From a phage, in assembly GCA_025823825.1 (NCBI GenBank), contig GCA_025823825.1_4720.1: a stretch of 64,000 nucleotides of DNA, one strand, 5' to 3'. Of this stretch, positions 29,462-39,482 are shown in pieces (position 1 is the first letter of the stretch; every line of letters begins with the position of its first letter). Made by a program: the position numbers and the translations under genes. Under the pieces are notes generated by a model. That model ran no database searches, was not told the DNA's origin, and saw nothing but the letters and a program-made list of their open reading frames with translations.

Positions 29462-30165
29462 CGTTGCTCTCCAGCTTCACCGGTTAACATCTGCATATCG
29501 GGAGACGTTTTAATTTTCTTCTCGTACTCTTTTGTTTGTTTGAATACCAACTCACCGATTTCTTCCAATTCTTCAACGGTGACGGTATGCAAATAAAGCA
29601 ACGGAATAATCCAGGTATTCGCACGAAGCATATCCCGAATATCATCAACGGTGGGTAATTCCGTAAAGAACTGTTCGTCTACCGCGAATAAATCCCGGGC
29701 GATACCATCCACCAGTTTATGATTGCTTTCATGGATCCATGCAAAACTTCCAGCAAGATGATCGATAAGCATATCGATGTCATCGACCGTTGAGAACACT
29801 GTACGGCGAACATGCGTTGTGAGGTCCATCGTAAAACCCATTAACGAAGGGGTTTCCTCAGAACGGAGTTCACGCCAAAGACGGATCATGTTTTCAGGGA
29901 TAAACAAATCATGGATGAACGTCACACTGAATTTCGTAACCCAGTCACGAATTGTTGCACCTTTGGAATATTGTTGCGGTGGGGAATACAGATACACCCA
30001 ACGTTTTGTGTACGCGATAACTTCCTTTCGCATCGCCGCATCTAAAACAAGCACATAACGATCGGAAGCAAGCTCTTCTAATAAAAGCTCGAACGCAGTA
30101 TCACTCTCTGGGGAGAACGATCGTTTTATTTCTGCGATACGTCGTGATAACCGACCACGTAACAT
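29458..30165 (-). CDS. hypothetical protein (235 aa)
   Basis: ORF with 4-nt start/stop overlap with the downstream gene. Confidence 0.5.
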   Translation of the reverse strand: MLRGRLSRRIAEIKRSFSPESDTAFELLLEELASDRYVLVLDAAMRKEVIAYTKRWVYLYSPPQQYSKGATIRDWVTKFSVTFIHDLFIPENMIRLWRELRSEETPSLMGFTMDLTTHVRRTVFSTVDDIDMLIDHLAGSFAWIHESNHKLVDGIARDLFAVDEQFFTELPTVDDIRDMLRANTWIIPLLYLHTVTVEELEEIGELVFKQTKEYEKKIKTSPDMQMLTGEAGEQR

Positions 30166-30167
30166 AA

Positions 30168-30842
30168 TTAGCCCTCATCAAGGTTATTCTGGAGATGCAT
30201 CGCGGTGAGGATAACGCCAACCGCCGAAACCGATTTTGCCTTGCTGTCTTCAGGGAGCTGCTCCAAGCTTACGGTACCTGTTTCTAACAGCATGCGGTTC
30301 ATCGCGTTGAACTTCTTATCGTCACCACCACGAGCCTGCATCAGCTCTCGGTTCACGTTCGGCATCGACCGTCCTAACGTCGCTTGCATTTCCGGCTGGC
30401 TCCAAGTGGAACCCTTACTTTCACCCGTCGGCTGATTGGTGAGCTGGTCCTTGGTGTTGTTGTTTTTCGGAATCGAAATTTTAGCACTCAACGTTTCGGC
30501 TTGTCGGCGGTTTGGAATCAGGTACAATCTGGTTGGGCGGTCACGAAGCACCAGTTGTCCTGTTTTCTGGTCGGTGAGGTAAATACGCTGGAAGAAAGGG
30601 AAACCGTATTTCTTACCGACTTCCAACGCACGTTTTATCGTCACCTCGTTTTTGTTCATGTTGGGTACCCAGATGGGTAGAATCTCTTTCTTATCCCGAC
30701 ATAAACGCATATAGGCATCAAACGTCTCATCATCGATTTCAGCAAAACGTTTTTTGTAAATAGCGTAAGTCGGGCTCGATTCACCCACCAGGTCTTTGAT
30801 ATACCCAAGAATGAATTTTTCTGCTGCAGCGCGGTTGGACAT
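30168..30842 (-). CDS. hypothetical protein (224 aa)
   Basis: ORF in operon-like array. Confidence 0.5.
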   Translation of the reverse strand: MSNRAAAEKFILGYIKDLVGESSPTYAIYKKRFAEIDDETFDAYMRLCRDKKEILPIWVPNMNKNEVTIKRALEVGKKYGFPFFQRIYLTDQKTGQLVLRDRPTRLYLIPNRRQAETLSAKISIPKNNNTKDQLTNQPTGESKGSTWSQPEMQATLGRSMPNVNRELMQARGGDDKKFNAMNRMLLETGTVSLEQLPEDSKAKSVSAVGVILTAMHLQNNLDEG

Positions 30843-30851
30843 AAACGTCTC

Positions 30852-31193
30852 CTATTGTCGTGTCTGTTGCGGAAATACCCGAAACACCTGGACAATGATG
30901 TTCTTGTCCTCGCGGTTGGCGATGTCGATCATGTGTTTTGTTCCAGGACTTTTGAAATCCCAGAACGCAATTAAATGCGTAATGACATCACCCATCCACT
31001 CATTGCGTCTGAATCCAGCACCTTTACGATAAGGACCATCCCAATCGGCAGGAAACGTGGTGTATTTGAACCCGTAATCCTTCGCATAGCGGCGCACATG
31101 CAAATCAGCACCTGAACGCGCACCGCCAGCAATGAGATGAACTTTGTCGTGAGGAAGGTTATGTAACATCTGGTTCATACGCTTTTCGAACAA
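30852..31193 (-). CDS. hypothetical protein (113 aa), possible nucleotide-binding SLOG/DUF2493-like fold
   Basis: Motif LIAGGARSGADLHVRRYAKDYG…FPADWDGPYRKGAGFRRNEWM resembles Rossmann-like SLOG-family proteins; assignment is tentative. Confidence 0.4.
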   Translation of the reverse strand: MFEKRMNQMLHNLPHDKVHLIAGGARSGADLHVRRYAKDYGFKYTTFPADWDGPYRKGAGFRRNEWMGDVITHLIAFWDFKSPGTKHMIDIANREDKNIIVQVFRVFPQQTRQ

Positions 31194-31246
31194 GGGATAA
31201 TCATCCCAGTAGCGTGATCCTGATACCCCTACACGATAGGGTTCGC

Positions 31247-31567
31247 TTATCTTCCACCGCGCAATGACTTTACGTTGCGTGCGATAAAGGGTGCAACGTA
31301 ATCACGGAAATTATGGATCCATCCTTTAATGGGTTGGTTGTCTAGTAAGCACTCACGTACCGAAAACGTACTTACTTCTAATACACCAAACTGTAGTCGC
31401 CAATAGCGATTGATTTCAGCTTGGGTATGTTCTAATGTCATGTACTCAGGAACACGAGCCAATAGGTCGTGTTTAAATTGCTCAGCAATCGCTGGTTGAT
31501 GTGACGCAATTGTCTGCGTGATAACATCAATCAGTTCATGTGCATGCTTGATAGCAGGTGCGGTCAT
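31247..31567 (-). CDS. hypothetical protein (106 aa)
   Basis: Short ORF in array. Confidence 0.4.
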   Translation of the reverse strand: MTAPAIKHAHELIDVITQTIASHQPAIAEQFKHDLLARVPEYMTLEHTQAEINRYWRLQFGVLEVSTFSVRECLLDNQPIKGWIHNFRDYVAPFIARNVKSLRGGR

Positions 31568-31579
31568 TTATTTAGCCTT

Positions 31580-33070
31580 TTATTTTTTACTCGGACGATT
31601 CAATGCGGGTACCGGGTTCTTTGGTTGCTTTGTCTTTTCATCCATCCAGTACGGGAAGTACTCACCAGTACGCATACGCAATAAGTCCATTGTGGACAGG
31701 AACGGCAGTGGGTTAGGATCGTCCAAATACGTCCAGTAACCACGCGTGTTTAACAATACATCCCAATCGAAACCTTTTGCTTTAAGATCGTCGTACAGTT
31801 CCTGTGGGGTGCAATACAGCTGTGGGTTTTCGTAAACCTCTTGACGCCAGAGATTATGCATCTGACACAGCTCCGACGTAATTTCCAGAGCACGCTGTAA
31901 ATACTCATCCTCTTCGCAGAGAGAACGAATGGTCGTACGCTGCAACGCAACATCCGGATAAATATCCAAATATACCGTTGAAGCACCATCAGCTGACTTA
32001 CCACCTGACGCATGCATACCCCAACCACGCATCCAATCTTTATCACGCAGGTAGTGGTATTCCGTTAATGATGGTTTAACCCCTTCGCTCTGACTAACCA
32101 CAATCGGGAACGGTAAGCCGGTGGGTCCGTTTTTAGCGCGCATGTTAAAGACTTGAATCAACTGCAGATCGGTATCCCCGATAAGGTTGTCACCAGGCCC
32201 ACGCGGATAAAGGACGCGTTTATCCGCGTTCTGAAGAATCGTCAGTTTATCGATTTTCCAGAGGTTATTCGTATAAAACGTGAAGCGTTCCGGGACGTTC
32301 TTAAACTTCTCATCGCCCTTAAACCCTTTCAGTTTTCGTACCGGTTGCTGTCCCGGCATACCACCAACGTTTACACCGTCACCAAGGTGGGCGGTCATGG
32401 TAATGTAGATACCCGCCGACGCTGTGAGTACTGGCATCTGTGATAGAATCTGGCTTTTCGCAGCTGCTGAACGCATCGCTTCAGCATTCAGTTTTGCGCC
32501 ACCCGCGGTTTCTTTATCGAACAGTGCATCAACGGCATCGATTGGTAATCCAGAGAAACTGTCGATGAGTACAACGGTCGGCAACCACCAGGTATAGTTC
32601 TCACCATGTTTATTAATAAACGGAACGGCTTTGCGTTGAGATTTATCTTTGACCTTGTCGTCACGGAATTTCTTAATCGCATCAAACCAAATGTTACCGC
32701 TCATCTGAACAGCATCGGTGATAAACACACGTTCTTCTTCGAAAAGATCGACACCGGCGATATTAGACATGTTCATCGCAAGCGTTAAGATACGTGTTGT
32801 CGTTAACGACATTTCTGTGTCGTAAACGCTACTATTGCTGTTTGCGTAACGATCGATAACGCGTAACAAGCGAAACATTATGAACGTGGTTTTGTTCATG
32901 TTGCCGCGAGCGCCTGCGCCCTCAACAAGCATCATACCGCCGTTACAAATGCTTTCACCGTGTTTACCGACATAGTACCGACCACCAGATGTGGGAATAT
33001 CCATTAAGCAACCAATGTTGAGATTAAAACGCATCTCTTCACCAGGAGAAAGGTACTTATTAAGATTCAT
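31580..33070 (-). CDS. RecA/UvsX-like recombinase-family ATPase (496 aa)
   Basis: RecA-core-like order of motifs: VLIDSFSGL (Walker B-like), AMRSAAAKSQILSQ (cf. ARLMSQALRKL), GFKGDEKFKNVPERFTFY (cf. GNPETTTGGNALKFY). The Walker A region (EGAGARGNMNKTT) is non-canonical. Confidence 0.45.
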   Translation of the reverse strand: MNLNKYLSPGEEMRFNLNIGCLMDIPTSGGRYYVGKHGESICNGGMMLVEGAGARGNMNKTTFIMFRLLRVIDRYANSNSSVYDTEMSLTTTRILTLAMNMSNIAGVDLFEEERVFITDAVQMSGNIWFDAIKKFRDDKVKDKSQRKAVPFINKHGENYTWWLPTVVLIDSFSGLPIDAVDALFDKETAGGAKLNAEAMRSAAAKSQILSQMPVLTASAGIYITMTAHLGDGVNVGGMPGQQPVRKLKGFKGDEKFKNVPERFTFYTNNLWKIDKLTILQNADKRVLYPRGPGDNLIGDTDLQLIQVFNMRAKNGPTGLPFPIVVSQSEGVKPSLTEYHYLRDKDWMRGWGMHASGGKSADGASTVYLDIYPDVALQRTTIRSLCEEDEYLQRALEITSELCQMHNLWRQEVYENPQLYCTPQELYDDLKAKGFDWDVLLNTRGYWTYLDDPNPLPFLSTMDLLRMRTGEYFPYWMDEKTKQPKNPVPALNRPSKK

Positions 33071-33168
33071 TGGGTAAAGACTCCTTCGATTCTTCGACTA
33101 ATTCTTAGTGTTCAGAGAATAACTATTTTTAGTTAAGACTGACAACCGCTATTTCCACGAGGACAATC

Positions 33169-34011
33169 ATGCATAAATTTACCATTCCTGAAGACCCGAT
33201 TACACTGCAGACCCTTTGGGATTCACATCGTGCTTTATCAATGGAAGGCTTTGCGCAAGACTTCGCTTCACTTACCGCAGTAACGAACCTTCGTAGTATG
33301 TTTACCAACGGTAAGAAGTTTGTTACCGATTGGCTTAAGAAACGTGATGTGACGGTTTATCCTAAAGTCTTCGATGACCTCGACACCATCTTTAGCAACA
33401 ACGCTTACAGCGAGCTCATTGGGTATCGCGCTTTTATTCCGAATGGTTTAAATGCGCCGATGTCAGATTATGTTGTTGCTTTAACCCAGAGCCTGGATAG
33501 CGTGATCGGTACCATCCTACCTGATTTGGATAAGTTGACCGTAACGTGCGCTAAAGCCGTCAACGACGTTAACTTCCGTCGTAGTAGTGGTATGGCTCAA
33601 ACGCTACCTAAAAACGATCCAGAGAACGTTCTAGAGACGTTACGTGCGATGTTCAAACAAGGGACGGTAACACAGACCACTGTAGGCCGTGCATATAAGA
33701 ACGAAGACGATATTCGTCAGATCGGAAAAGATCTGGATGCTTCCCGTATCCGTGCGCTTGACGTTAATCCTAAAGACGTGAAGAAGGCAATCGAACGTTT
33801 CATGGAGGTAGCTGACCGTTTAACCGAAATCCTGGTTCAAGACTACAATGAAGGTGCGGTGAGCAACGCGATGATTCGCGATATTAGTGACGCTATCTAC
33901 CAAACAGCCAAGCAGGCTGAACTGTATGCGTTTCTCGTGAACGCTTTGGCTGAGGCGATCATCGCATATAACGACACTTGGGACGCTGTTAAAAAGAACG
34001 CGAAAAAATAA
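33169..34011 (+). CDS. hypothetical protein (280 aa)
   Basis: ORF followed by hairpin 34027-34059. Confidence 0.5.
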   Translation: MHKFTIPEDPITLQTLWDSHRALSMEGFAQDFASLTAVTNLRSMFTNGKKFVTDWLKKRDVTVYPKVFDDLDTIFSNNAYSELIGYRAFIPNGLNAPMSDYVVALTQSLDSVIGTILPDLDKLTVTCAKAVNDVNFRRSSGMAQTLPKNDPENVLETLRAMFKQGTVTQTTVGRAYKNEDDIRQIGKDLDASRIRALDVNPKDVKKAIERFMEVADRLTEILVQDYNEGAVSNAMIRDISDAIYQTAKQAELYAFLVNALAEAIIAYNDTWDAVKKNAKK

Positions 34012-34062
34012 CATAATAACCCACCCTACTACCCCGTTAAGGGCGGTAGGGTGGGATAAGGT

Positions 34063-34494
34063 TTATTTGCCGTATAGTTGTACCACTCGTTGTGTCGTAG
34101 GAACGCAGACTCTTACCAGAAGCTTTTTAATCTCCTGACGAATCGTTGCTTTATCATCATAATAAAGCCATGGTGGAACGCGTTGCATTATGCACTGCAC
34201 GGCTTCATCGTAGTTCGTCGTCTCATTAAGTAACGTCTCACTATCCAGATCTTTCCATGCAGTAATACCAAGTCGCGCAGCAAACATCAACGCTGAAACC
34301 GACTCAGCTATCTCCAATCGCTCATTCATATCCGCAAGACCTTTCAGCATGATGTAATTATCGTCATGCTGGTGCAGGGTACCATACAAACTTCCGAAGA
34401 GAAGTATGCGTTTAGCTTTTGCGGTTAAGAGGAATGACAGGAGAGCGTATTTCAACGGTTGTTTCTCACGTTCTACCTGTTCGACCATCACCAT
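34063..34494 (-). CDS. hypothetical protein (143 aa)
   Basis: ORF in array. Confidence 0.45.
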   Translation of the reverse strand: MVMVEQVEREKQPLKYALLSFLLTAKAKRILLFGSLYGTLHQHDDNYIMLKGLADMNERLEIAESVSALMFAARLGITAWKDLDSETLLNETTNYDEAVQCIMQRVPPWLYYDDKATIRQEIKKLLVRVCVPTTQRVVQLYGK

Positions 34495-34497
34495 TGA

Positions 34498-36036
34498 TTA
34501 CTCCAACACATAACGTGGGTTACTGTATATGTTAGCCCATATACCAACGTCGTCGCCTGATTCAATAATCACAGCGAAACGAAACGCAACATCAGACTCA
34601 CGATAGGTTACCGCGTACGCTTTCGTTTCTGGCGATGCTAAATAGCTCAAGTTCAGACGTTGAGGCAGGTCTAACCCCAAGGACATGGTACAAGACGTAA
34701 CGCCCTGCTTATCGGGGTTCAGTCTGTAATTCACATCCACCTTCAGGCTTTTCGTAACCTGCGTAATCGCACTATGCACTTTGGTAACCGTTTTGCCTTT
34801 CTTATCCTTTTCTGTTTCGAAAAGAACGTCGGTAATTTCGGTTACAACCAGGCGCGGTGTGGATTCGCGGTTAGCGTCAAGCCATTCATCCAGTAACGTC
34901 TTTAAGAAGTTCAAAGAATCAATCGCGCGCCAAGCAAGGTTAGGTGGATTGCACGCTTCCATTAGAATGGCTGTGTTGGATCCACCTAGCGGAAGATGCA
35001 CGCTCTTACCGAGGCCCGTCGGACGCATCGTAAGATCGCACTCGCCCTCAAGAATATCGCGATGATATTGACGATGATGAAGGTTATCCGTGTATGCGAT
35101 ATACACTGACTCCGTTGTCCCATGCTCTAATACCCGAGATGCATGCGTACGCATAATCTCAACAGCGTCATCCGGCTTGCTTAAATAGATAACACTATAC
35201 GCACTATCGCTAATCCTTTTCCCTAACTCAAGACGTCCCTTGTTGTCTTTATCAGTGTTACCACCGAAATAGATGTAGCGGCCATCTTTCGCACGCTCTT
35301 GCTGCTGGTTGGTGGTAAAGTAGCAGCGTGAGAACGTAAAGAACGGGCTTATTTCCGGTTCGGGGCTCCAATACCCCTTAGCCGGAAGTTCGCGGCGTAT
35401 TTGGGTTCTTACAGCCCAGTCCTGGTTTTGTGACAGATATGTTCCACGCGTCGCCAGCATATCCGCACGTTCGTTACCTACATTGCCCTCATGTCCAGGA
35501 ACGTAGCGCAGCGAAATATCGATAGCGTCGCGCTTCGCATCCCTTATCGCGCTATCGAGTTTCCGCCACCGTTCCGCATTCATTAACGGTTTATTGTCGG
35601 ATTTAACCCAGTTGTTCTCTCGCCAATTAGCAAGATGGTTGGTGGCACCTACAACAACATATTGGCTGTCCGACAACAGCTGGATCCGTTTTGCCCCCTT
35701 TGCTTTTCCAAGTTCAATCGCACGTATTGCGGCATCCAACTCAGCCTGATTGTTCGTTACGTTGAAACCCAAAGCCTCTAACTCATCCACGTATTCCTTG
35801 GGTTCGACCAGCACAGCGTCTTTAGGAAAGTCGAGTTTAGGGTCAACATAACCGTATTGCGTTGGTTTGGGCTTCCCACTTTTTGAGGGTTCCAAGGTGC
35901 CTTTTATTTCTTTCACCATATCGTAGGTGTAGCCATGCACGCCGTAGCCACCATACCCACTCGATGTTGGACGGGATCCTCCATCGCAGTAGAAAACGGC
36001 ACCAAGCTCAGTATTTCCTGCCATTGTAAACCTCAT
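34498..36036 (-). CDS. RNase H-domain protein with about 300-aa C-terminal extension (512 aa)
   Basis: N-terminal RNase HI signature: FYCDGGSRP…, NNQAELDAAIRAIE, LLSDSQYVV, PGHEGNVGNERADMLA. C-terminal half has no recognisable motif. Confidence 0.65.
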   Translation of the reverse strand: MRFTMAGNTELGAVFYCDGGSRPTSSGYGGYGVHGYTYDMVKEIKGTLEPSKSGKPKPTQYGYVDPKLDFPKDAVLVEPKEYVDELEALGFNVTNNQAELDAAIRAIELGKAKGAKRIQLLSDSQYVVVGATNHLANWRENNWVKSDNKPLMNAERWRKLDSAIRDAKRDAIDISLRYVPGHEGNVGNERADMLATRGTYLSQNQDWAVRTQIRRELPAKGYWSPEPEISPFFTFSRCYFTTNQQQERAKDGRYIYFGGNTDKDNKGRLELGKRISDSAYSVIYLSKPDDAVEIMRTHASRVLEHGTTESVYIAYTDNLHHRQYHRDILEGECDLTMRPTGLGKSVHLPLGGSNTAILMEACNPPNLAWRAIDSLNFLKTLLDEWLDANRESTPRLVVTEITDVLFETEKDKKGKTVTKVHSAITQVTKSLKVDVNYRLNPDKQGVTSCTMSLGLDLPQRLNLSYLASPETKAYAVTYRESDVAFRFAVIIESGDDVGIWANIYSNPRYVLE

Positions 36037-36074
36037 TAATCATTGTCCGTATGATAGCCCAAAGTTGTACGGTA

Positions 36075-36632
36075 TTACCGATTACCGTCGGTTGACGTTG
36101 GTTGATTGCGATTGACTTTCATTGACCGCAGTTTTCCGCCGTTAATTACGCATTGATTGCGTTGTTCGACGGAGGTCAGACTATTACAAACATAATAGGT
36201 ATCGATAAAACGATCAACGCGTTCTTGAAACTTCCTCTCGTCAACTTGCTCTTTTTCAAAAGTTCGTAACGCTCGATCAACCTCACCCTGGAGAATCCGG
36301 TTCTGTTCAACCATACTGTCGATTAAACGGCCTCGTACTTCGTTCGATGTGTAGAGTTGACGAATCAGTTCTCGGTTGGTGTCTCGCGCATAACGCAATG
36401 TTGTATTTTCCTGACGTAAACTATTCACATCAGCCATCAAGGTAATGATTTTTTCGCCAGCAAATAACGTCACGATACCCAATACGATGAAAAAACCCGT
36501 AATCAAGAATATCGAGGACTGTCGAGCTCCATCTCGACGAGAACGTGTAGGCGGTCGCTTACTTCGCCGAAACAACTCGCGAAGAAAAGGGAAAAGCCAG
36601 GGCAACGCCTTGAGTGTAGTAAACATGCGTGT
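36075..36632 (-). CDS. membrane-anchored coiled-coil protein (about 185 aa)
   Basis: Start corrected to the ATG at 36632 (MFTTLKALPW…); the annotated 231-aa ORF extends further upstream. Hydrophobic segment IFLITGFFIVLGIVTLFAG followed by predicted coiled coil. Confidence 0.5.
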   Translation of the reverse strand, partial: TRMFTTLKALPWLFPFLRELFRRSKRPPTRSRRDGARQSSIFLITGFFIVLGIVTLFAGEKIITLMADVNSLRQENTTLRYARDTNRELIRQLYTSNEVRGRLIDSMVEQNRILQGEVDRALRTFEKEQVDERKFQERVDRFIDTYYVCNSLTSVEQRNQCVINGGKLRSMKVNRNQPTSTDGNR

Positions 36633-36680
36633 GTCCTTGATAGTATGAAATTTCCAATACAACTTAACCGAGGACGTCGA

Positions 36681-38021
36681 ATGATTAGTATTTTTGGTTT
36701 TTATACGTACAAAGGGTACGCTAATAACCACCCAAAAACCACGGCGAAATTCGGTGAGTTCAGTCAGCACAGTGCTACGTTCAGTCGCGAGATCGGCATC
36801 TATACCAACACGGCGTACGCACGTACGACCTTATTAGTGTTGAATGCAGAAAACGAAGCTGGTGAGGCACAAACGCTGGATGACGACACCGCAGGCCGCA
36901 TTCTTCAGGTTGGTCAATGGTTGCTGGAAAAAGCCTCATCGGGCGAAATCCAGGAAGACCGAGACCAAGTTATCAGCTACCTAAAAGACGACTTCACAAC
37001 GTATCTGGATTCTATCGACATCCCAACACCCACCACCGATGGGAAAGTCTATCTACCGGCGTGGATCAGTTTCAAGATAACAGCCACCGGCGATGTTGTC
37101 AAGATTTGGTTGTCTGATAGCGTATTCCAAAGTCAATATCCAAAATACGAATATGAAGTCGTTCCTCCTGTTCCTAAGGATCAGTTAGATACCTTCTTCG
37201 AAGATCTGGCAACATTGAAGAAACTGGTTGACAGTCGAAGCAGCGAGAAACTGACCGAAGAAATCAACGAGGTGCGCGACCAATTCCCAGACACACAATT
37301 GTGGACGAAAACCTATAAAGCGTACGATTACACCGACGATTCGAAATACATTAATACCGATTGGACGGTGATTATCTACGGTGCAGCAGGTAACAACATT
37401 GATAATATCAAGGAGTTCCTGCAAAACTGGATTCTTAGCAATAGCACGCACGGACGTCCAGACTGGGAAATCGTTCTGCCGGATCTTTTTATTCCGACAG
37501 AACACATCTTCATCCCAATCTGGAACCGCCACAGTGCGCCAGAGATGACCAATCAGGCACGTATCTATAGCCCTATCTTCGATGATTCGTTGATGGATAC
37601 CTACCTGAAAAACTTTGCTGATGGTTACGGCGAAACCGCCGAAGTCCGTAAAACGCTTCAAGCGGTGCCGACGTTGTGGCGTTCGATCGGTTTCTTAAGC
37701 GTTGGTAACTCACGTAACCGTGACGGTAAACTTAAGTTCTACGATCGTTGGCCGCAATACGCGCTCATCAGCACAACCAGCATCGACATTAACCGTATCG
37801 ACGATGCGACACGTGAATTCATCACGTTCACTTACGAAATGCTGAAACTGGCAGAATCGCTCACCGAAGACGACCCGGTACCGTTGGGTTATAGTCGTGT
37901 TACGCGCGGTAGCAATAGCTTCTTAGCGAAAAGCCACAACGATGTTCAGTATCTCTTCTTAACAAAAGAAGCGTTCCTGAAGAAAATGCCGGATGAAGCC
38001 GACACGCCTGTTGGAGGTTGA
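36681..38021 (+). CDS. hypothetical protein (about 446 aa)
   Basis: Start corrected to ATG at 36681 (MISIFGFY…) with ribosome-binding site gaggacg; the annotated start at 36645 overlaps the divergent gene. Confidence 0.55.
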   Translation: MISIFGFYTYKGYANNHPKTTAKFGEFSQHSATFSREIGIYTNTAYARTTLLVLNAENEAGEAQTLDDDTAGRILQVGQWLLEKASSGEIQEDRDQVISYLKDDFTTYLDSIDIPTPTTDGKVYLPAWISFKITATGDVVKIWLSDSVFQSQYPKYEYEVVPPVPKDQLDTFFEDLATLKKLVDSRSSEKLTEEINEVRDQFPDTQLWTKTYKAYDYTDDSKYINTDWTVIIYGAAGNNIDNIKEFLQNWILSNSTHGRPDWEIVLPDLFIPTEHIFIPIWNRHSAPEMTNQARIYSPIFDDSLMDTYLKNFADGYGETAEVRKTLQAVPTLWRSIGFLSVGNSRNRDGKLKFYDRWPQYALISTTSIDINRIDDATREFITFTYEMLKLAESLTEDDPVPLGYSRVTRGSNSFLAKSHNDVQYLFLTKEAFLKKMPDEADTPVGG

Positions 38022-38650
38022 TTATGGCTGTAACACGCATGACGCCAAGTCCCGGTGCGGTCGGGGTATTCACAGTATCAGCGCCGTTCTCCGTTGGTGC
38101 GTCAACGCTATATACTGTTACAGCGTTGCGAAGATTCAGCGAAGTCATCGGTAGTGGAATCGATCTATTTACGGAACTGTACGAACCGTTATCAATAGAC
38201 AAATCCACTTTCGAAGCGCATCTCGAAGCGAATGCTTATCTCGTCACGTTGCAACCGGATTACGGTGCACCCGTACTGGTACCTGATACGTATATCACGT
38301 CGTACCCAAAGAACGATTCCTTGCGGTATCGTCGCATTATTCTGGGTATCGATTTCGGGCCTCTTCCTCCCGGTCTTGACCTTTCGTATTTAACAACGAT
38401 ATTGAAAGGTAAGGCTAGTGATATTCTTGGTGTCGAACCTGAAGTTAAAACGATGGAAATCACTCTCGATGATACCGTTACTCAGGAACAGCATCAGATA
38501 AACGAAGCCCGTCGTCAGGCTGCGATAAAAGAGCGAGATACCATTTACGCACGCTGTGAAACGCAAGAGAAGCAGATAACGGCTTTACTTGCAACCCAAA
38601 AGCAACTTATCAAATTGCTTCAAGACGCCGGTATCAATCCGACACCTTAA
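38018..38650 (+). CDS. hypothetical protein (210 aa)
   Basis: ORF 4-nt coupled to the upstream gene; followed by hairpin 38658-38688. Confidence 0.5.
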   Translation: MIMAVTRMTPSPGAVGVFTVSAPFSVGASTLYTVTALRRFSEVIGSGIDLFTELYEPLSIDKSTFEAHLEANAYLVTLQPDYGAPVLVPDTYITSYPKNDSLRYRRIILGIDFGPLPPGLDLSYLTTILKGKASDILGVEPEVKTMEITLDDTVTQEQHQINEARRQAAIKERDTIYARCETQEKQITALLATQKQLIKLLQDAGINPTP

Positions 38651-38657
38651 CATATTC

Positions 38658-38688
38658 CCTCCTCCTTCCCTGACGGGTTGGAGGAGGG
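38658..38688. terminator. terminator-like hairpin of the CCTCC/GGAGG family
   Basis: CCCTCCTCC-ttccctgacgggtt-GGAGGAGGG; same family as the hairpins at 25795, 42811, 54461 and 56286. Confidence 0.5.
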
Positions 38689-38700
38689 TTATGCCGTCAA

Positions 38701-38755
38701 GCAAAAAAAAAAAAAAATGATAGTCACAGGCCCTCCAATGAAGGAGAGCCGTGAC
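38701..38755 (-). terminator. intrinsic terminator for the minus-strand gene ending at 38763 (hairpin plus U15 tract)
   Basis: On the minus strand, an imperfect hairpin (plus 38722-38755) is followed by a 15-nt T run (plus A15 at 38701-38715). Confidence 0.55.
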
Positions 38756-38762
38756 CGTCAGT

Positions 38763-39482
38763 TTAGGATGCGGATAATCTAGCGTACTTCTGTCGAATAT
38801 AGTTCTTACGGCGAACTTCGTCATCCTCGTCACGCCATTCGAGATAAGCAACGAAACGGCGTAACTGTGCCGCAGTCATCGTTGACGATCGGTCTTTTAC
38901 ATCTAGAACGACGTAACGAACGTCATCAACGCCGTCGCAACCAACATAACGGAATACCAAAAGACCGTTATCGTATTCAATGATGATAACTTCGAATCGT
39001 TTCTCGAACAAATAAAACAGTTCTGATTCAATGATCATCGGAACTACGCATTTATCATCATGATCGATGATTTTCATCATCACCCGTAACGCGCGAGGAG
39101 TATGACGAGCGAACTGACCGTCGAAACGTTGTTTCATCGTTTGTTCCACGTCGTCTGTTTTTGTTCCAGGCCAAGGACGCACTACAGATTTCGGTGGTGT
39201 AAGACGGCAGCGGTACGCTTGTATAAACAACAGAATATCAGCAACATTAGGAAATTCATCCTGGTCTTTGTATAGCTTACGGATAATATCCGGGATCGTA
39301 GTCAACAAATATTTCTTATCGCCTCCCACTTTCTCGAGATTAGCGATATGTCCTTCTACCACAGGCTGGTAAACAAAATTATACCAGTGGTGGTATTTTG
39401 CAACGTGTTGGTATTTCGGGATGAGATTAAGAACAGTATTTACTGCGCGTTTTAATGGGTTCATCAGAAGAATCCTTCTCAT
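38763..39482 (-). CDS. hypothetical protein (239 aa)
   Basis: ORF with terminator downstream. Confidence 0.5.
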   Translation of the reverse strand: MRRILLMNPLKRAVNTVLNLIPKYQHVAKYHHWYNFVYQPVVEGHIANLEKVGGDKKYLLTTIPDIIRKLYKDQDEFPNVADILLFIQAYRCRLTPPKSVVRPWPGTKTDDVEQTMKQRFDGQFARHTPRALRVMMKIIDHDDKCVVPMIIESELFYLFEKRFEVIIIEYDNGLLVFRYVGCDGVDDVRYVVLDVKDRSSTMTAAQLRRFVAYLEWRDEDDEVRRKNYIRQKYARLSAS

